Shown: positions 39,583-51,458 of the stretch, piece by piece | Numbering within the stretch: the stretch's first letter is position 1 | How the letters are laid out: every line of letters begins with the position of its first letter | DNA from: Lytechinus pictus | Lineage: Eukaryota | NCBI RefSeq assembly: GCF_037042905.1 | Contig: NC_087250.1 | Coordinates: forward strand, 9,984,001 to 10,048,000 | DNA: 64,000 bases | Direction of reading: 5' to 3' | Position numbers and translations under genes: made by a program | The notes under the pieces: model-generated | Databases searched by the model: none | What the model saw: only the letters and a program-made list of their open reading frames with translations | Told to the model about the DNA's origin: nothing

Positions 39583-39981
39583 TATATACACCAACACTCT
39601 CTATCCATACGACAGAATGTGCGTACGCCCTTACAAACGCACACACACAAGACACCCACCACATCGTGGGTGTCACCCTCCATAGTATTACATACATCCA
39701 TATCTCAATAAAAACTCATAATAGGCCTACTATCGTTTGAAATATTCTGCTTTAGTTTTTTGTTTTTGTTATATTTCTGGGACGCACTGTATATACACTC
39801 ACACTCTCTATCCATACGACAGAATGTGCGTACGCCCTTACAAACGCACACACACAAGACACCCACCACATCGTGAGTGTAACCCTCCATAGTATTACAT
39901 ACACCCATATCTCAATAAAAACTCATAATAGGCCTACTATCGTTTGAAATATTCTGCTTTAGTTTTTTGTTTTTGTTATAA
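39569..39981 (+). repeat. About 207-bp tandem duplication including the MITE right end
   Basis: TCTGGGACGCACTGTATATACAC..TTTTTGTTATA occurs twice, nearly identical. Confidence 0.9.
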
Positions 39982-40289
39982 AGGCCCACTTTTTGCTTCA
40001 ACAAGCTCAGAACATCAATGAAATGCCTTCTTTGTAAATCCATAACCCGATGAGGACCCTGCTGCAAAAAGTAGCTTTCATGGGTTACCATGTTCAAGCC
40101 TACGCATGTAGCTTATGCTTTGATGTATTAAATCATTTATTTTGTCTCGGTGATTTCGCATAAAAAATCAATAAATCAATTAATCGATCAATAAGTCGAC
40201 TTTATAATCGAGGAGCTTCCTTGGAATTTGACAATGTCTGAAATAGGTACATGTAAAGGTGTTACCTTCTAAATTTGTTTTTTCAACAG

Positions 40290-40589
40290 ACAACCCAACG
40301 AACGTTGAAATAGTTCGCCTCTCCGATGGCGCCCTTGCAGAACATGCGCAAAATATTTCAGTCATGTGCTTTGCAAATGGGTACCCTCCCCCCTCCGTCT
40401 CCTGGGTGAAGCAAGAAGTCACTGATCATAGTGGAGAAGAGAAAGGAGAGTTGGAATCAACCACTGGAATCGGCTCATCAACTCTGTTCTTTAAAAACTT
40501 GTTGCGCGGCCACTCAGGGGTATACGGCTGCCATGCAAATAACGGGATACCTCCAAGTGCGGAATCACGTATTAACATCGTTGTTAACC
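40290..40589 (+). CDS. Gene B exon 6, I/C2-set Ig domain
   Basis: ISVMCFANGYPPPSVSW..STLFFKNLLRGHSGVYGCHANNG; 300 nt, phase 1-1. Confidence 0.92.
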
Positions 40590-40898
40590 GTAAGTTCCCA
40601 AGTAATACATGTAATATTTAAATATTTAAACACTCTCTAATATTGTATCGGTCCTAATGACACTCATCTGGGAGTGAGACGATCTCATTGCATTTAGGGT
40701 GAGATTATTATTATTTTTTTTTTTTTTTTTTTTTTGGGGGGGGGTCTCCATTTGGTCCTCTCTCTCTTTGTGTTATACGTTAAAGAAGCGTTTAATCTCC
40801 TGGTATACACGTTGATGAATGGATTGACTCCAAACCCCATCCTCCGAGTAAAACAAATCATTTGCAATGTTTTCTTACAAAAAAAAACACATAAACAG

Positions 40899-41195
40899 AT
40901 GCCCCGGATATTGATCTTGGGCAGACCAAGTTAAACCGAAACGAGGAAGAAAGTGTGCGGCTAACCTGTGAGGTAACAGCAAACCCAGAACCGACCCGAC
41001 TGGAATGGATCGATCCCAACGGACGGGTCATTGAAGGGACTCAGACGTCAGCGTTAACATCTAATCCATTTGAAACGGTAGTGGAATTCGTAGCAGCTTT
41101 CGTCGTGGGACAGGAAACTGTCTTTGGAAATTATACTTGCCTCGCAGCCAACGACTTTGGAAGTGCCAGAAATGATATCGTTTTAACAGGAAAAA
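40899..41195 (+). CDS. Gene B exon 7, I-set Ig domain
   Basis: APDID..VRLTCEVTANPEPTRLEW..FGNYTCLAANDFG; 297 nt, phase 1-1. Confidence 0.92.
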
Positions 41196-42076
41196 GTAAG
41201 ACATTGCAATGAGGATATTCTTTTCAATCAATGTTCCTATTTGGTGGTTTTTTTTTTCAGGAGTGTATCTTATTATCATATCTCTCGAGAACTCTCTCTC
41301 TTTGGGTAAATTAGCGATTCTAATTTATAATTAAATCAGGGTATTTCTTTAAAGCAGGTTCCTACAATTTAAAGTAAGTCACCATCAAGCTTACAACGCC
41401 AGATGCTTTGCTGCAGCTTTGAGCACCTCAAGAGTTCTCTTTTTGTGAACAGGTAGATTTACCAGACTTGATCCGATTCTCCTAGATTAACTCCTTCACT
41501 AATTAAAGGATGGTTATCTTACCAGGATGGTCGGGGTCCCCCAACCACTCCCGCGGGAATCGTAATAAAGAGCGTGTCTCGATTCGGTACTACTTAGATA
41601 TCAATTTTGGCCGAAAACAGAACATTCCCCCCCCCCCCCCCCATTGTATCTAAGAATTGAGCTGTGATGGAGGGTACTAGGAAATCACGGGTTAATGCCG
41701 GAAAAGACAGTGTCTACTTCACACGTTGGTGAAATGGGTTATGATTTTTGATAAACCATAGCTTTGTATCAAATCATCTCGATACTGTAAGCCTCCCTCG
41801 GTACGTCACTGTATAGGCCATAGCTAAAACAATGGGAGTGATTCAGGAAAGGACTTGTCGGGACGTTTAATCCTACAAGTTCTATTTTTTCAGACAAACA
41901 CCATGGTAACAGTGCTTCTCAGCCAATCAAGTTCAAGGAAAGTTGTCTGATCTGACAACTTCTCAGAAGACAAATGATAAAATGCTTCCCGGGATACATA
42001 TTCCCTTGCGAAGGTCAATGTTTTGATAACCATAGAACAAATATATTCAATTCCCTCTTTATTATCGTCATCTCAG

Positions 42077-42358
42077 AATTCCCCGGGTCTCCTTCGAATC
42101 TGAACGCACTCGTCATTTCGGAAGATTCGCTAAAATTAACTTGGTCATACGATGATGAAGACGAGATATCGTTACACTTCAACGTGAAATATTGCAAGAA
42201 CTCTTCTCGAAGCAAATGCGGTCTACAAGACAACCATCAGAGCCGTTCTTTGGACATTGAAGGTTTGATGTCCTATACCTGGTATTGGGTGTCCATATGC
42301 TCCGAAAATGACTTTGGAAAAAGCAAATACTGTGAGGAAATTGTGACGTCAACTCCAC
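42077..42358 (+). CDS. Gene B exon 8, fibronectin type III domain 1
   Basis: FPGSPSNL..SLKLTW..FNVKYC..IEGLMSYTWYWVSICSENDFGKS; 282 nt, phase 1-1. Confidence 0.92.
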
Positions 42359-42834
42359 GTAAGTTTTTTTCTTCAACTCCTTTGGCAATTTTGGGGGGTA
42401 AATGTATAGCATTGATACATTTAAGGTCAAAGTTCACACACACCAATTAAACAGCAAAGCACAAGTGATTTAGTTGCAAATATCGTATTATTTATAACAT
42501 AAAAACACAAATTTTACCTATCCCATCATTTCTTATGGCGATTAAACTTTCTATCTTAATACCTCATGATTAATATAATTCTTGATTTTCCTAAAAACTC
42601 ATACCAAAATAAAACATTACCGTTGCATGAAGACCATACAGACATCCGAGTCGGTCATTGAGTCGAAAATTAGGTTTTAATTGCTCACGAAATATTTTCG
42701 TCATGACGAATGATGTGTGCAAAATCTCTCCCCCATTATACTATTGGTTGAACGAATTAAGAAAAAAATATTGTAATGGTACTTCACCCATAATAGTAAC
42801 TATACCACCAAATACATATATATATGTATATATA

Positions 42835-44498
42835 CACTGTTGGTCATAAAGGTGGAATATTTTTTTTCACCAAATTTTCACAGCGTAATTATTACAACAT
42901 GATTTGAATATGGCATTTATGGTGCATGATAACCACTTTACTTTATTATTCTGCCTCTTACACACGTTTGACAGTGATATTTTACAAGTTTATGTCCTAT
43001 TAAAGCGATGGATGTCATGAGCATAGAACAACAATGACGACAATGTATAGTAAATTAAAGGATCATGAGATATTTATTTTCAATCTCTCTCAGTTTTCCA
43101 TATGACTTTTTTTGTGATTTCATGGACAAATTTGCATCAAACTTGAGTCATTGTTCTTACTCAGTCACTAGTATCGGGTATATCCACCCCTGGCGCGAAC
43201 CAGCGCATGCAGACGTCGTGGCATGCTGTCCACTAGCTTGTTGACGATGTCGACAGGCATAGCGTCCCATTCTTCCCTCAGAGCATCTGCCAACTCCTGC
43301 AGATTTTGAGGAATGACCTCTCTGTCGTTGATGGCTCGGCCTAGGGCATCCCATGCATGCTCTATGGGGTTCATATCCGGCGAACAAGCTGGCCATGGCA
43401 ACTGTACGACGCCCTCTGCCTCCAGGAATTCCCTTACTGCAGCCGCCCTGTGCGGTCTAGCGTTGTCATCCTGCAGTCGGAAATTGTGCCCATACACTCG
43501 TCTTGCATATGGAAGACAGTGGAACTCCAAGATATCCTTGTAGGCGGCGGCGTTGACGTTTCCGTCCGGAACCACCAGTGGTGTTTTCCCTCCATAATGG
43601 ATGCCGGCCCATATCATCACTGAGCCGCCTCCGCCTTGAGTCGTCTCGCGGATAAATTCATCACGAAGGTTTTCCCCGGCTAATCGACGAACTCGTTGTC
43701 TCCTATCCTTTCGGTCAAGGATTAACCGGCTCTCGTCCGTGAAGACCACATGTTGCCAATGTCCTGGATGAAGCCTAATGTGCTCCCTAGCCCAAAGAAG
43801 ACGAGCTACTCTGTGGCGAACAGACAGGCGTGGGCATTTGGTCAACCGTCGAGCTCGGTAACCATGTTGGAGCAATCTGCGATTAACGGTTGACCGGGAA
43901 ACGTTGATCCCATGATATCTCCTCCACAAGCGACGAAGACGGCTTGAGGGCAATTTCCGGTTTCTGCGGCTGAAATTCAACAGTTGGCGATCATCTCTTC
44001 TTGTGGTCAATCTGGGACGTCCTGGTGATTTCCGTGGCCGCACATTCCCCGCCTCACGTTGACGTTTCAGGATCTTAGAGACTGCACTCTGTGATATCCC
44101 TAGGACTTCTGCGATATCAGTCTGCTTGTAGCCCTCCTGTCGCAGTGCTACCACTCTCTCACGTGTTGCTGTTACCGTCGGATCAGGCATAGTCCAGGGA
44201 ACGTCTCTACCGATTTTTGTTTCAAATGGTACAAGGAACTCGAAATAATGCAACCTTCTTATACATAGTGCTAAATCAGGGAAAGGGACAGAATATCATA
44301 TGCATAGGCTTTTATAGTCTACAACAAAAGAATTTATTACGTAATCCAAATTTATCATGTTATAATGTCACCTGTGTAATGGGGAAACATTATGTAATCA
44401 CTTAATTACCATTTTGTCTACGCGTAGCCTTTCAAATACCAACAAAACTGTCGATTTTTATTCAAAAATATTTTATTCCACCTTTATGACCAACAGTG
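42835..44498 (-). mobile_element. Full-length Tc1-family DNA transposon
   Basis: Perfect 25-bp TIRs CACTGTTGGTCATAAAGGTGGAATA; TA flanks inside an (AT)n tract; intact transposase ORF. Confidence 0.97.
43168..44190 (-). CDS. Tc1 DD34E transposase (340 aa from MPDPT; ORF track starts at 44253)
   Basis: Paired-like HTH, GRPR, FTDESR, QDDNARPH and WPACSPDMNPIE; 34 residues between the second D and E. Confidence 0.96.
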   Translation of the reverse strand: MPDPTVTATRERVVALRQEGYKQTDIAEVLGISQSAVSKILKRQREAGNVRPRKSPGRPRLTTRRDDRQLLNFSRRNRKLPSSRLRRLWRRYHGINVSRSTVNRRLLQHGYRARRLTKCPRLSVRHRVARLLWAREHIRLHPGHWQHVVFTDESRLILDRKDRRQRVRRLAGENLRDEFIRETTQGGGGSVMIWAGIHYGGKTPLVVPDGNVNAAAYKDILEFHCLPYARRVYGHNFRLQDDNARPHRAAAVREFLEAEGVVQLPWPACSPDMNPIEHAWDALGRAINDREVIPQNLQELADALREEWDAMPVDIVNKLVDSMPRRLHALVRARGGYTRY

Positions 44499-44959
44499 TA
44501 TATATATATATATATATAAATATAAATATGATACAAACATTACCTGTTTTCACTTTACAATGTACTTTCTATATATGCCGCTGTTTTGTGAATCTGATGT
44601 CGTTCATAAGTTCAATTCTTTACATGTAACACTTCTGTGATTTGGATGGTTTTCAATACGGAATAGAATTATATGAAATGAATGTAGCAATTTGCAATCC
44701 CTTCCAATTTAACATCTGGTATAGACATTAATTTGCCCTTTTCGTTGCATAAGCTTTTGCATAATATGGCTGGTCATTTAGTCTATACATTTTATTTTTT
44801 TTCTTGGCTATTATGTTTATTTATTAAGATTAGTATTTTTCGTGAATAAGTTTATTTTAAGTAGGCTAATTAACATAGAAATGTAAATTGATATATTGAT
44901 TTTTCTCCTATCAAACAGCTTTACCTCCAAGTTTTTTCGGTAAGTAATAATTTTGCTAC

Positions 44960-45378
44960 TCTTTTTCGTATTTACATATAGAAGTATGTATATATTGATC
45001 TTTTTATCTCTTACCAGCAAGTCTCCGTAGGCAAATAACTATTGCGTCTCTCTCTACCACCCCCCCCCCTCTCTCTCTCTCTCTCTTCTCTCTCCTTTCT
45101 CTTTCTTTAGGGAGGTTCACATTATACAAGCTATGCGTTTGGGTGCATCTCCCATCTCAACAGATCCTTTTATTTTCTATTTAAATTATGTATTATAATT
45201 TGTCTACAAAATGTATCATGTTATGTAAATATCTATGTTAATTATCATTGATGTTAGTGAATATATTTCAAATGACAATTATTCGTATTGTAAATGTTTG
45301 CTATATATGTATGAAAATAATTTGTATTATTCTTTACGTTCTGTAAGTTCGAAATAAAATCTGAATCTAAAAAAAAAA
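44960..45378 (+). mobile_element. CR1/Crack-like LINE 3' UTR, same family as 8373-9250
   Basis: GGGAGGTTCACATTATACAAGCTATGC..ATCTCCC matches the reverse complement of 8558-8601; AATCTGAATCT tail. Confidence 0.7.
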
Positions 45379-45632
45379 TCTCAATAAACACTTACATCTA
45401 AGTTGGCGGGCCCAATGGTATTTGTGTGTATGTGAGAACATATGTGTGAGTGTGTGTGTGTGTGGGTGGGTGTGTTTATGTGTGTGTGTGAGGGTGAAGG
45501 CTTTTTGGTATGGGCGTGTGTAAATAGCTGTGTGTCATGCTGAAAATGTAATGTCATATTGCATTCATAGGTGATTCGCCATCATGGTTCGTGAATCATA
45601 TAATATGAACGTAATCATGTTTGTGGATACAG

Positions 45633-45899
45633 GTGTGAATGCTACTTACCGCGAATTGACAAAGCGACTTACTCTAAGTAGAAACACTGACGGAAATACT
45701 CCGCCGATTCCAGCTGGACTTTGCTTCCACATCCAAATCTCGATAGCGGGTGTACGCCATGTGAACGACTCTTGTCTGTCTCCGAATAGCAGCCTTACAA
45801 CAAGCCATCAACTCTTGGATGGTCAGATCTGGCTCGTGTCATGTGGTCACGCCGTATGCAGTGACCCATCTCCTGTCCACTTCCTGCGTGACCCCGAAG
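45633..45899 (+). CDS. Gene B exon 9, unrecognised 4-Cys module, copy 1
   Basis: Open 267-nt phase 1-1 exon; clearly similar to exon 48679-48936. Confidence 0.85.
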
Positions 45900-46275
45900 G
45901 TAGGCCGCCTGTTAGTCTTTCGAATATTCATTATTCTTAATAATACTTACCATCATGAAAACTATAGTAGAATATTTCAGAGATCTTTGAGAAGCAATTG
46001 AAGTATATACTTGCAAAGTTTCGCTCGGCAAAATGCATGTTTGTATATTATATTTTGGGTACTCATACTCGGTACACGCTGCATTAGTTTCCAACCTTTA
46101 CAGGTGAACCGTGATATGTCCCCTTTCTGCTCCGTTAGATTCCATATTCGTGCTAATTTAAAGGTACATAATATGATGTCTTACTTGAACAAGGGATATG
46201 AGAAATTTCTGGTGATCCCAAAAAACGATTGTAAATGTATCTTTTTTCACTCGCTTTTTCCCCCATTTATCCTAG

Positions 46276-46560
46276 GCCCACCTGATGCACCTACGAGATT
46301 AGCAGTGAGAGATTATTCCGAGACGACCCTCACAATCGTATGGGAACACGATAAATACATTCAGAGAGGAAAGACGATTCTCTTCTTCTTAACGTGTTGC
46401 CGGAATGACACGCCCTCTATCTGCATAACCTTCTTCGACGTCAATGGCAGCCCATTGCACATTGCTGATCTGTACCCCAAAACTTGGTACCTCATTCGCG
46501 TTTATGCCCGAAACCAGTTTGGCGAGAGTCAACCTTCCCAGCTATTAGCTTCGACCGCAC
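46276..46560 (+). CDS. Gene B exon 10, fibronectin type III domain 2
   Basis: PPDAPTRL..TLTIVW..IADLYPKTWYLIRVYARNQFGES; 285 nt, phase 1-1. Confidence 0.92.
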
Positions 46561-46811
46561 GTATGGTGAAAATTCCCATGCTTAGTGTGTGCCATGCTTA
46601 TGAATTATATATATTTTTCCCCGAAAGCTATTATATCAAATGTTATTAAATTGTAATTGAAATCATTGTTAAGAGCAGGCTTAAACTGTTAACAAAAATT
46701 TCGTACTCTTTCCATCGGCTGTTGTACAAGCATCATATTTTGTTTTGAAGGATAATGGAAATAATACCCTTTTTTTTATCAAGCCCCTCATTTGACAAAA
46801 ACCTGTAGAAC

Positions 46812-47289
46812 ATATGTGACCTGCCACCCCAAAACCAACAATAAGTCGACCAAAATGAATATTGAGATTTTATTGAGCTTGAAAACTTATTTCCTAAGCT
46901 TCGAAATGATATATAATATGGTAAAATTGACCAACAATAACCATTACAAGTACTTGATTGAATGCAGAGGTAATTCAGCAAGAGCTAAACTATAAGGAGA
47001 AAACAAGGTTTGAAGTTTGGGGTTCACTCAAGCATTAGATGTGCATACTGCGTAATCTCAGTGAAACTTCCAAGCAGTCTGAAAAAGTAGTGTTCAAGAA
47101 ACTCTTGGATCTTTTATTTTATTCAATTTCACGACTTCAAATTTTCACAGTATAAAGAAAAAGATTTGTTCTTCCGGATAAGTGATTTTCTTAATATTTA
47201 GATCTTAGAGACTAAATTACAATTTTGGCATATTGACAGAGAACCATACCTGACGACTTATTTGCGGTTTTGGGTGGTAGGTCACATAT
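46812..47289. mobile_element. MITE
   Basis: ATATGTGACCTGCCACCCCAAAACC ... GGTTTTGGGTGGTAGGTCACATAT. Confidence 0.75.
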
Positions 47290-48170
47290 AAGCGTAAAAA
47301 CGAACACTATAATATTCATAACAAATAAGATATAACATGCACCCTTTTATTACTAACAACTATTCACGGCCGCACGCAACGGGTGTAGGGGCGCAGGGGG
47401 ACCAATGCCTCCGACCCAGAAATTTTGAAAACTTCCTTTTTTTTCCAAAAAAAATCATCAAAAGGGTAAAAAAAAAAAAAAAATCAATACCATTCTATAA
47501 AACGCAAATTGCCTCTTGACAAGCTCGGTCGCTTCGCACCCTAGCTTTATAGTTTCATTGGTCTTGCACCCTCCCCCCCCCCCCCCACCAAAAATAAATA
47601 AATATGTGTACAGCCATGTAACTGTTCACTTTTATATTATGTTAATATATAAATAGTTAATATTGGATTGAATATTTTGCATATAAGAAATATATAGTAC
47701 CATCTCTAAGGTCTGCGCACCACACTTAATGGTTCCCAATCACTTTTATACCTATTGTCACCAACCCAATTTTTTAATGTAAGAATAGTGTTTTTTTTTT
47801 TTAATCAGCACGGTTTTACACATTAACTAATGATTCAAGTATTATTTCTTTTCAAGATTCTTTAGTTATTAAATATTCAAAGAATGTAACTACTAAAATT
47901 GAGCTTCGACATATCCAATTCTTCTTCAAATATCATATCTAGTAATATTAAAGTATTGACACGTTTTTTTTTTTTTACAAAACAACTCAATCCCTTACGT
48001 TTAAACGTTATTATATTCACATTTGATTCTCCCAAATCAAATCCCGTGTAGATTTGATACCCAAATTTTCTAAAATCAATGTGTATTACATCTTAATTTT
48101 TTTTTTAACGCTCTACTTGCCTGATCAATGTTTCTTTATACTCCTTACATATATTGTTTTGTCTACCTAG

Positions 48171-48191
48171 CTGAATCGCCGGAGGCACTTG
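48171..48191 (+). CDS. Gene B exon 11, 21-nt microexon (PESPEAL)
   Basis: TTTTGTCTACCTAG acceptor, G|GTAAGT donor, phase 1-1, open. Confidence 0.65.
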
Positions 48192-48678
48192 GTAAGTATG
48201 CGTTTATTGTACTAAATTTTCACAGAACTTAAACAAAGAAAGGATAAAAAGGGGAAAATTATACTCGTCATTAGGAGATTAAAGAACGAAATGTATTGGC
48301 TCATGCAGGAGCTCATAATTTTTATTAAAAAAAAATATGGGATTGCTTTCACATGTTAAATTTGAATCCATGTTGTTTACGATTTGTGCTGATTTTCATA
48401 ATTCTGTAACGTAACAACTACACCTAAAATAAAGGTCTGATTGCCAAGGAGTAATAGATTGAGGATACAGAATGATAATTTTGAGAAAAGGTAAAGAAAA
48501 AATGACACTTTTTAAGGGGGGGAATCCCTTCGAAATCATTATTATGCCCGTATCTGTAGTACTCTTATATTCATTTTCAATGTTTTCCAGTAATAGGTCT
48601 TTTTGACATTTTTTTTTAATCATACCTCTAGCTGATCATAAACTTTTGCTTGGCGTATTGCCGATCTCCCTTTTTCAG

Positions 48679-48936
48679 GAATTACTGCGTCGTTTGAAAA
48701 ACAGACCAGTAAACTAAAGATCCATCAAAACTCGAAGGAGCTCTTACCACGTGATTTATGCATCCGTTTGGAAATTCGCAGCAACGAGTTTGTCCACCAG
48801 AACTCGACTTGCCTGAGACCTGATGATTCCAGCAGGCTATCTACAGATTACCATGCGGGACAACTTTGGATTGCATTATGCCGGGAAGAAGTCTGTGGTG
48901 CGCCTTCACAAGTCGACTTCATAGAGAGTGACTGGG
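48679..48936 (+). CDS. Gene B exon 12, unrecognised 4-Cys module, copy 2 (missed by ORF track)
   Basis: GITASFEKQTSKLKI..LPRDLCIRLEI..NSTCLRP..GQLWIALCREEVCGAPSQVDF; 258 nt, phase 1-1. Confidence 0.85.
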
Positions 48937-49168
48937 GTAACACTTAATTTTTCACAGATAATACTGGCGAAGCCGACTCGAGACCGACCAAAGATATTTC
49001 GTTTTTCGGGTGCCCGATCAAATTAAAATATCTTTGTGGATTTCAATTACTCAATTTAAATCCGATTCAAAGGATGAACTGGCCTGAAAATTTCCGGATA
49101 TAATTTCTGTCTTCAGCTTCGTGATATCCAATCCGTAAATTTGTGAGATAAATGGTCAAAGAGCTCTT

Positions 49169-49917
49169 TTAACCCTAGCCAGGCCGGGATTATTTGGTGT
49201 TATATGACCTTGGGGTTGAATCAATCCGCCACCTGGCGCCTGCCCCCGCCCCTCCAGATATCTCGGCCGCCAATCGCGCGAACGCCGTAAAAATTGGAAT
49301 ATGATAAAAGTGTAAGATTTGATGTACAGGGATGTATGGTTAATTTTTCGAAATAACAAGATTTCTTATAGAAATTATATGCTAATTTATGCGTAAATCA
49401 GCTATAAAAGAAGCTCCTAGAATGCAAATTTGTTGTGCTAATATTCTTTAAACCATTTCTAACAATTAAATAAAAGGAAAATAAAATCTGGTTTAAAAAT
49501 GAATGTATGTATTTTATGAATTTCTTACGCATTCCTTTGTTTTTGGACATTGTGTTTTTCTTTGTTTTGTTCTTCGCCACATTTAAAGCACAACCTTTTT
49601 GAAGCATAATTATGCTAAAATCAATCAATTTCAGTTGATGAAAGTAAAAATAATCACATATTTTATGAATAAGATAAGAAAACTCAATTTACATTGACTT
49701 TGTACTCAAAATCACGTTTTGAGCAATTTTGGGTCTGATATGCACTTACGTAATGTTGCATAATTTTTCAACTGCATACCCGGGCATCATAAATTTGGAT
49801 TCAAAAGATGCGCAAGACCTTGAAGTAAAGATTCAGTGAGTGGCGTGGTCGAAGAATTTTGCACAGCGGAATGGTCGGGGAAAATGTTGAGGGGACCCCC
49901 GGCTGATTTAGGGTAAA
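49169..49917. mobile_element. piggyBac-like MITE, degenerate
   Basis: TTAA-CCCTAGCCAGGCCGGG ... CCCGGCTGATTTAGGG-TAAA. Confidence 0.55.
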
Positions 49918-50079
49918 GGAAAAAAATGATTACATTACCGAGAGAGGGCGCAAGATAGATGATCGTTTGATTTGAATATTTAAATTTTCTCAGAGGATCC
50001 GCGGTTGCTAAAAGATTAAACCGATACTACAAGTTTCTAAAAATAGATTATGTCAGATAATATTAGAGTATAATTAGCA

Positions 50080-50379
50080 TTAGTTTAGGAGCCAGACTAG
50101 AGTAATAGACATAATCAAAGCCCTTAAATCAACGAAATGGAGATGGGCTGGCCACCTTGCAAGATCACATGATAATAGGTGGACCAAACGCATCACAGAA
50201 TAGAGACCATGGCTAGGATCACGAAATCGGGGTAGACAAAAATTGAGATGGAGTGACGAGCTCACAAAATTCATTGGCATAAATTGGATCGCTTCAGCAC
50301 AAGACAAGCACCTTTGGCACCAACTTGAGGAGGCCTTCGCCTTGCAGTGGGCTGAACATGGCTGATATGATGATGATGA
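50080..50379 (+). mobile_element. RTE-clade LINE 3' fragment
   Basis: KWRWAGHLAR..NRWTKRITE..RNRGRQKLRWSDE..AQDK..W..LEEAFALQW followed by an (ATG)n tail. Confidence 0.85.
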
Positions 50380-50472
50380 CCCTTTACCAACATGAACAAA
50401 GACGAAGACAGGCTTTATCGTTTCGATTGATTCAGTAATTTCTTATCAATTCTTTTCTTGATTCATTTGCAG

Positions 50473-50574
50473 ACAGAATATCAACACCAGTATTGGCGTC
50501 GGTCATCTCAGTTACAGCGGTTGCCATGGTGATTTGTGGCTTCTGTTTCTACAGTAGATGCAATCGGTGTCAAA
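50473..50574 (+). CDS. Gene B exon 13, transmembrane segment (missed by ORF track)
   Basis: PVLASVISVTAVAMVICGFCFY-SRCNRCQ; TTTGCAG / A|GTAAGA; 102 nt, phase 1-1. Confidence 0.85.
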
Positions 50575-50889
50575 GTAAGAGTTGTCCGATGTCTTTCAAA
50601 GAATTACCTTACTGAAGTTATTGACGTACTTCGTAAAATGTATTTTTTTACGAAGGTCCATACTAAATCTCTATTCGTATTTTCATGGTAGCCCTATCTT
50701 ATACCTATATGGAATTGAAGCAGTGATACTGGCTCATATTAGTTTTTTTTTTTACAAAAATGACAAACATCATATCTTCCACGGCTCCGGTATAACTTGT
50801 ACTGGCATTACTCCCCCCCCCCCCCCAGACAGAACCTTTTCTATAATTCGAGGAATATTGTAAACCAGATAATTTCGAGGTTGTTTCGA

Positions 50890-51040
50890 TTAGGTGGTCC
50901 AATGGTACGGGCCCCACCTCCTGATCGGGAGAACGTGGGTTCGACCCCGGCCGAGTCACGCCTAAGACTCAAACATACGACTTTCTACCTTCTTGTCAGT
51001 CAGATTATATAGCTCGCTGACAGTAGTTATTATCATCATG
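50890..51040 (+). mobile_element. tRNA-derived SINE fragment
   Basis: GGTGGTCCAATGG A box; GGGTTCGACCCCGGCCGAGTCA B box. Confidence 0.6.
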
Positions 51041-51245
51041 AGAAAATTGTACATTCATTTAAGTGCTTGTTGAAAGGTATTGACATGGAACATCAAATAA
51101 ATCGTTATTATAGATATGTAATTTTCTCTCATTCTAAGGTGAAAGAGATATCAAATTCTTATTACTGAAACTATTTGCTTAAAGCAAACATGGCTTGATT
51201 GAAAATGATGTAACTACATGCACATTTGTTTCAAACCATGAACAG

Positions 51246-51424
51246 ACTACCAGTGGAACTACAATAAAGGTGGTCGTAAACTTCGTCGGAGGGGTCAAGA
51301 CGAACAGCCACAGGTATTTCGTCGAATTCCTGATGCTGACAGAAGCGTGCGAGGAGAGACACCAAGCCAATTGCCACCAATTCCTCCAATACCCCCACCC
51401 TTCCAGAATGACCTTGAATTGGTG
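51246..51424 (+). CDS. Gene B exon 14, cytoplasmic Pro-rich exon
   Basis: NYQWNYNKGGRKLRRRG..QLPPIPPIPPPFQNDLELV; phase 1-0; donor GTATGA (alternative GTGGTA 3 nt upstream). Confidence 0.7.
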
Positions 51425-51458
51425 GTATGATTTTTATGAACATTATTTAAGACAGTCT

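Noticed and set aside
43157..43623. Overlapping ORFs within the Tc1 transposase
   Set aside because: Shadow frames of a GC-rich coding sequence.
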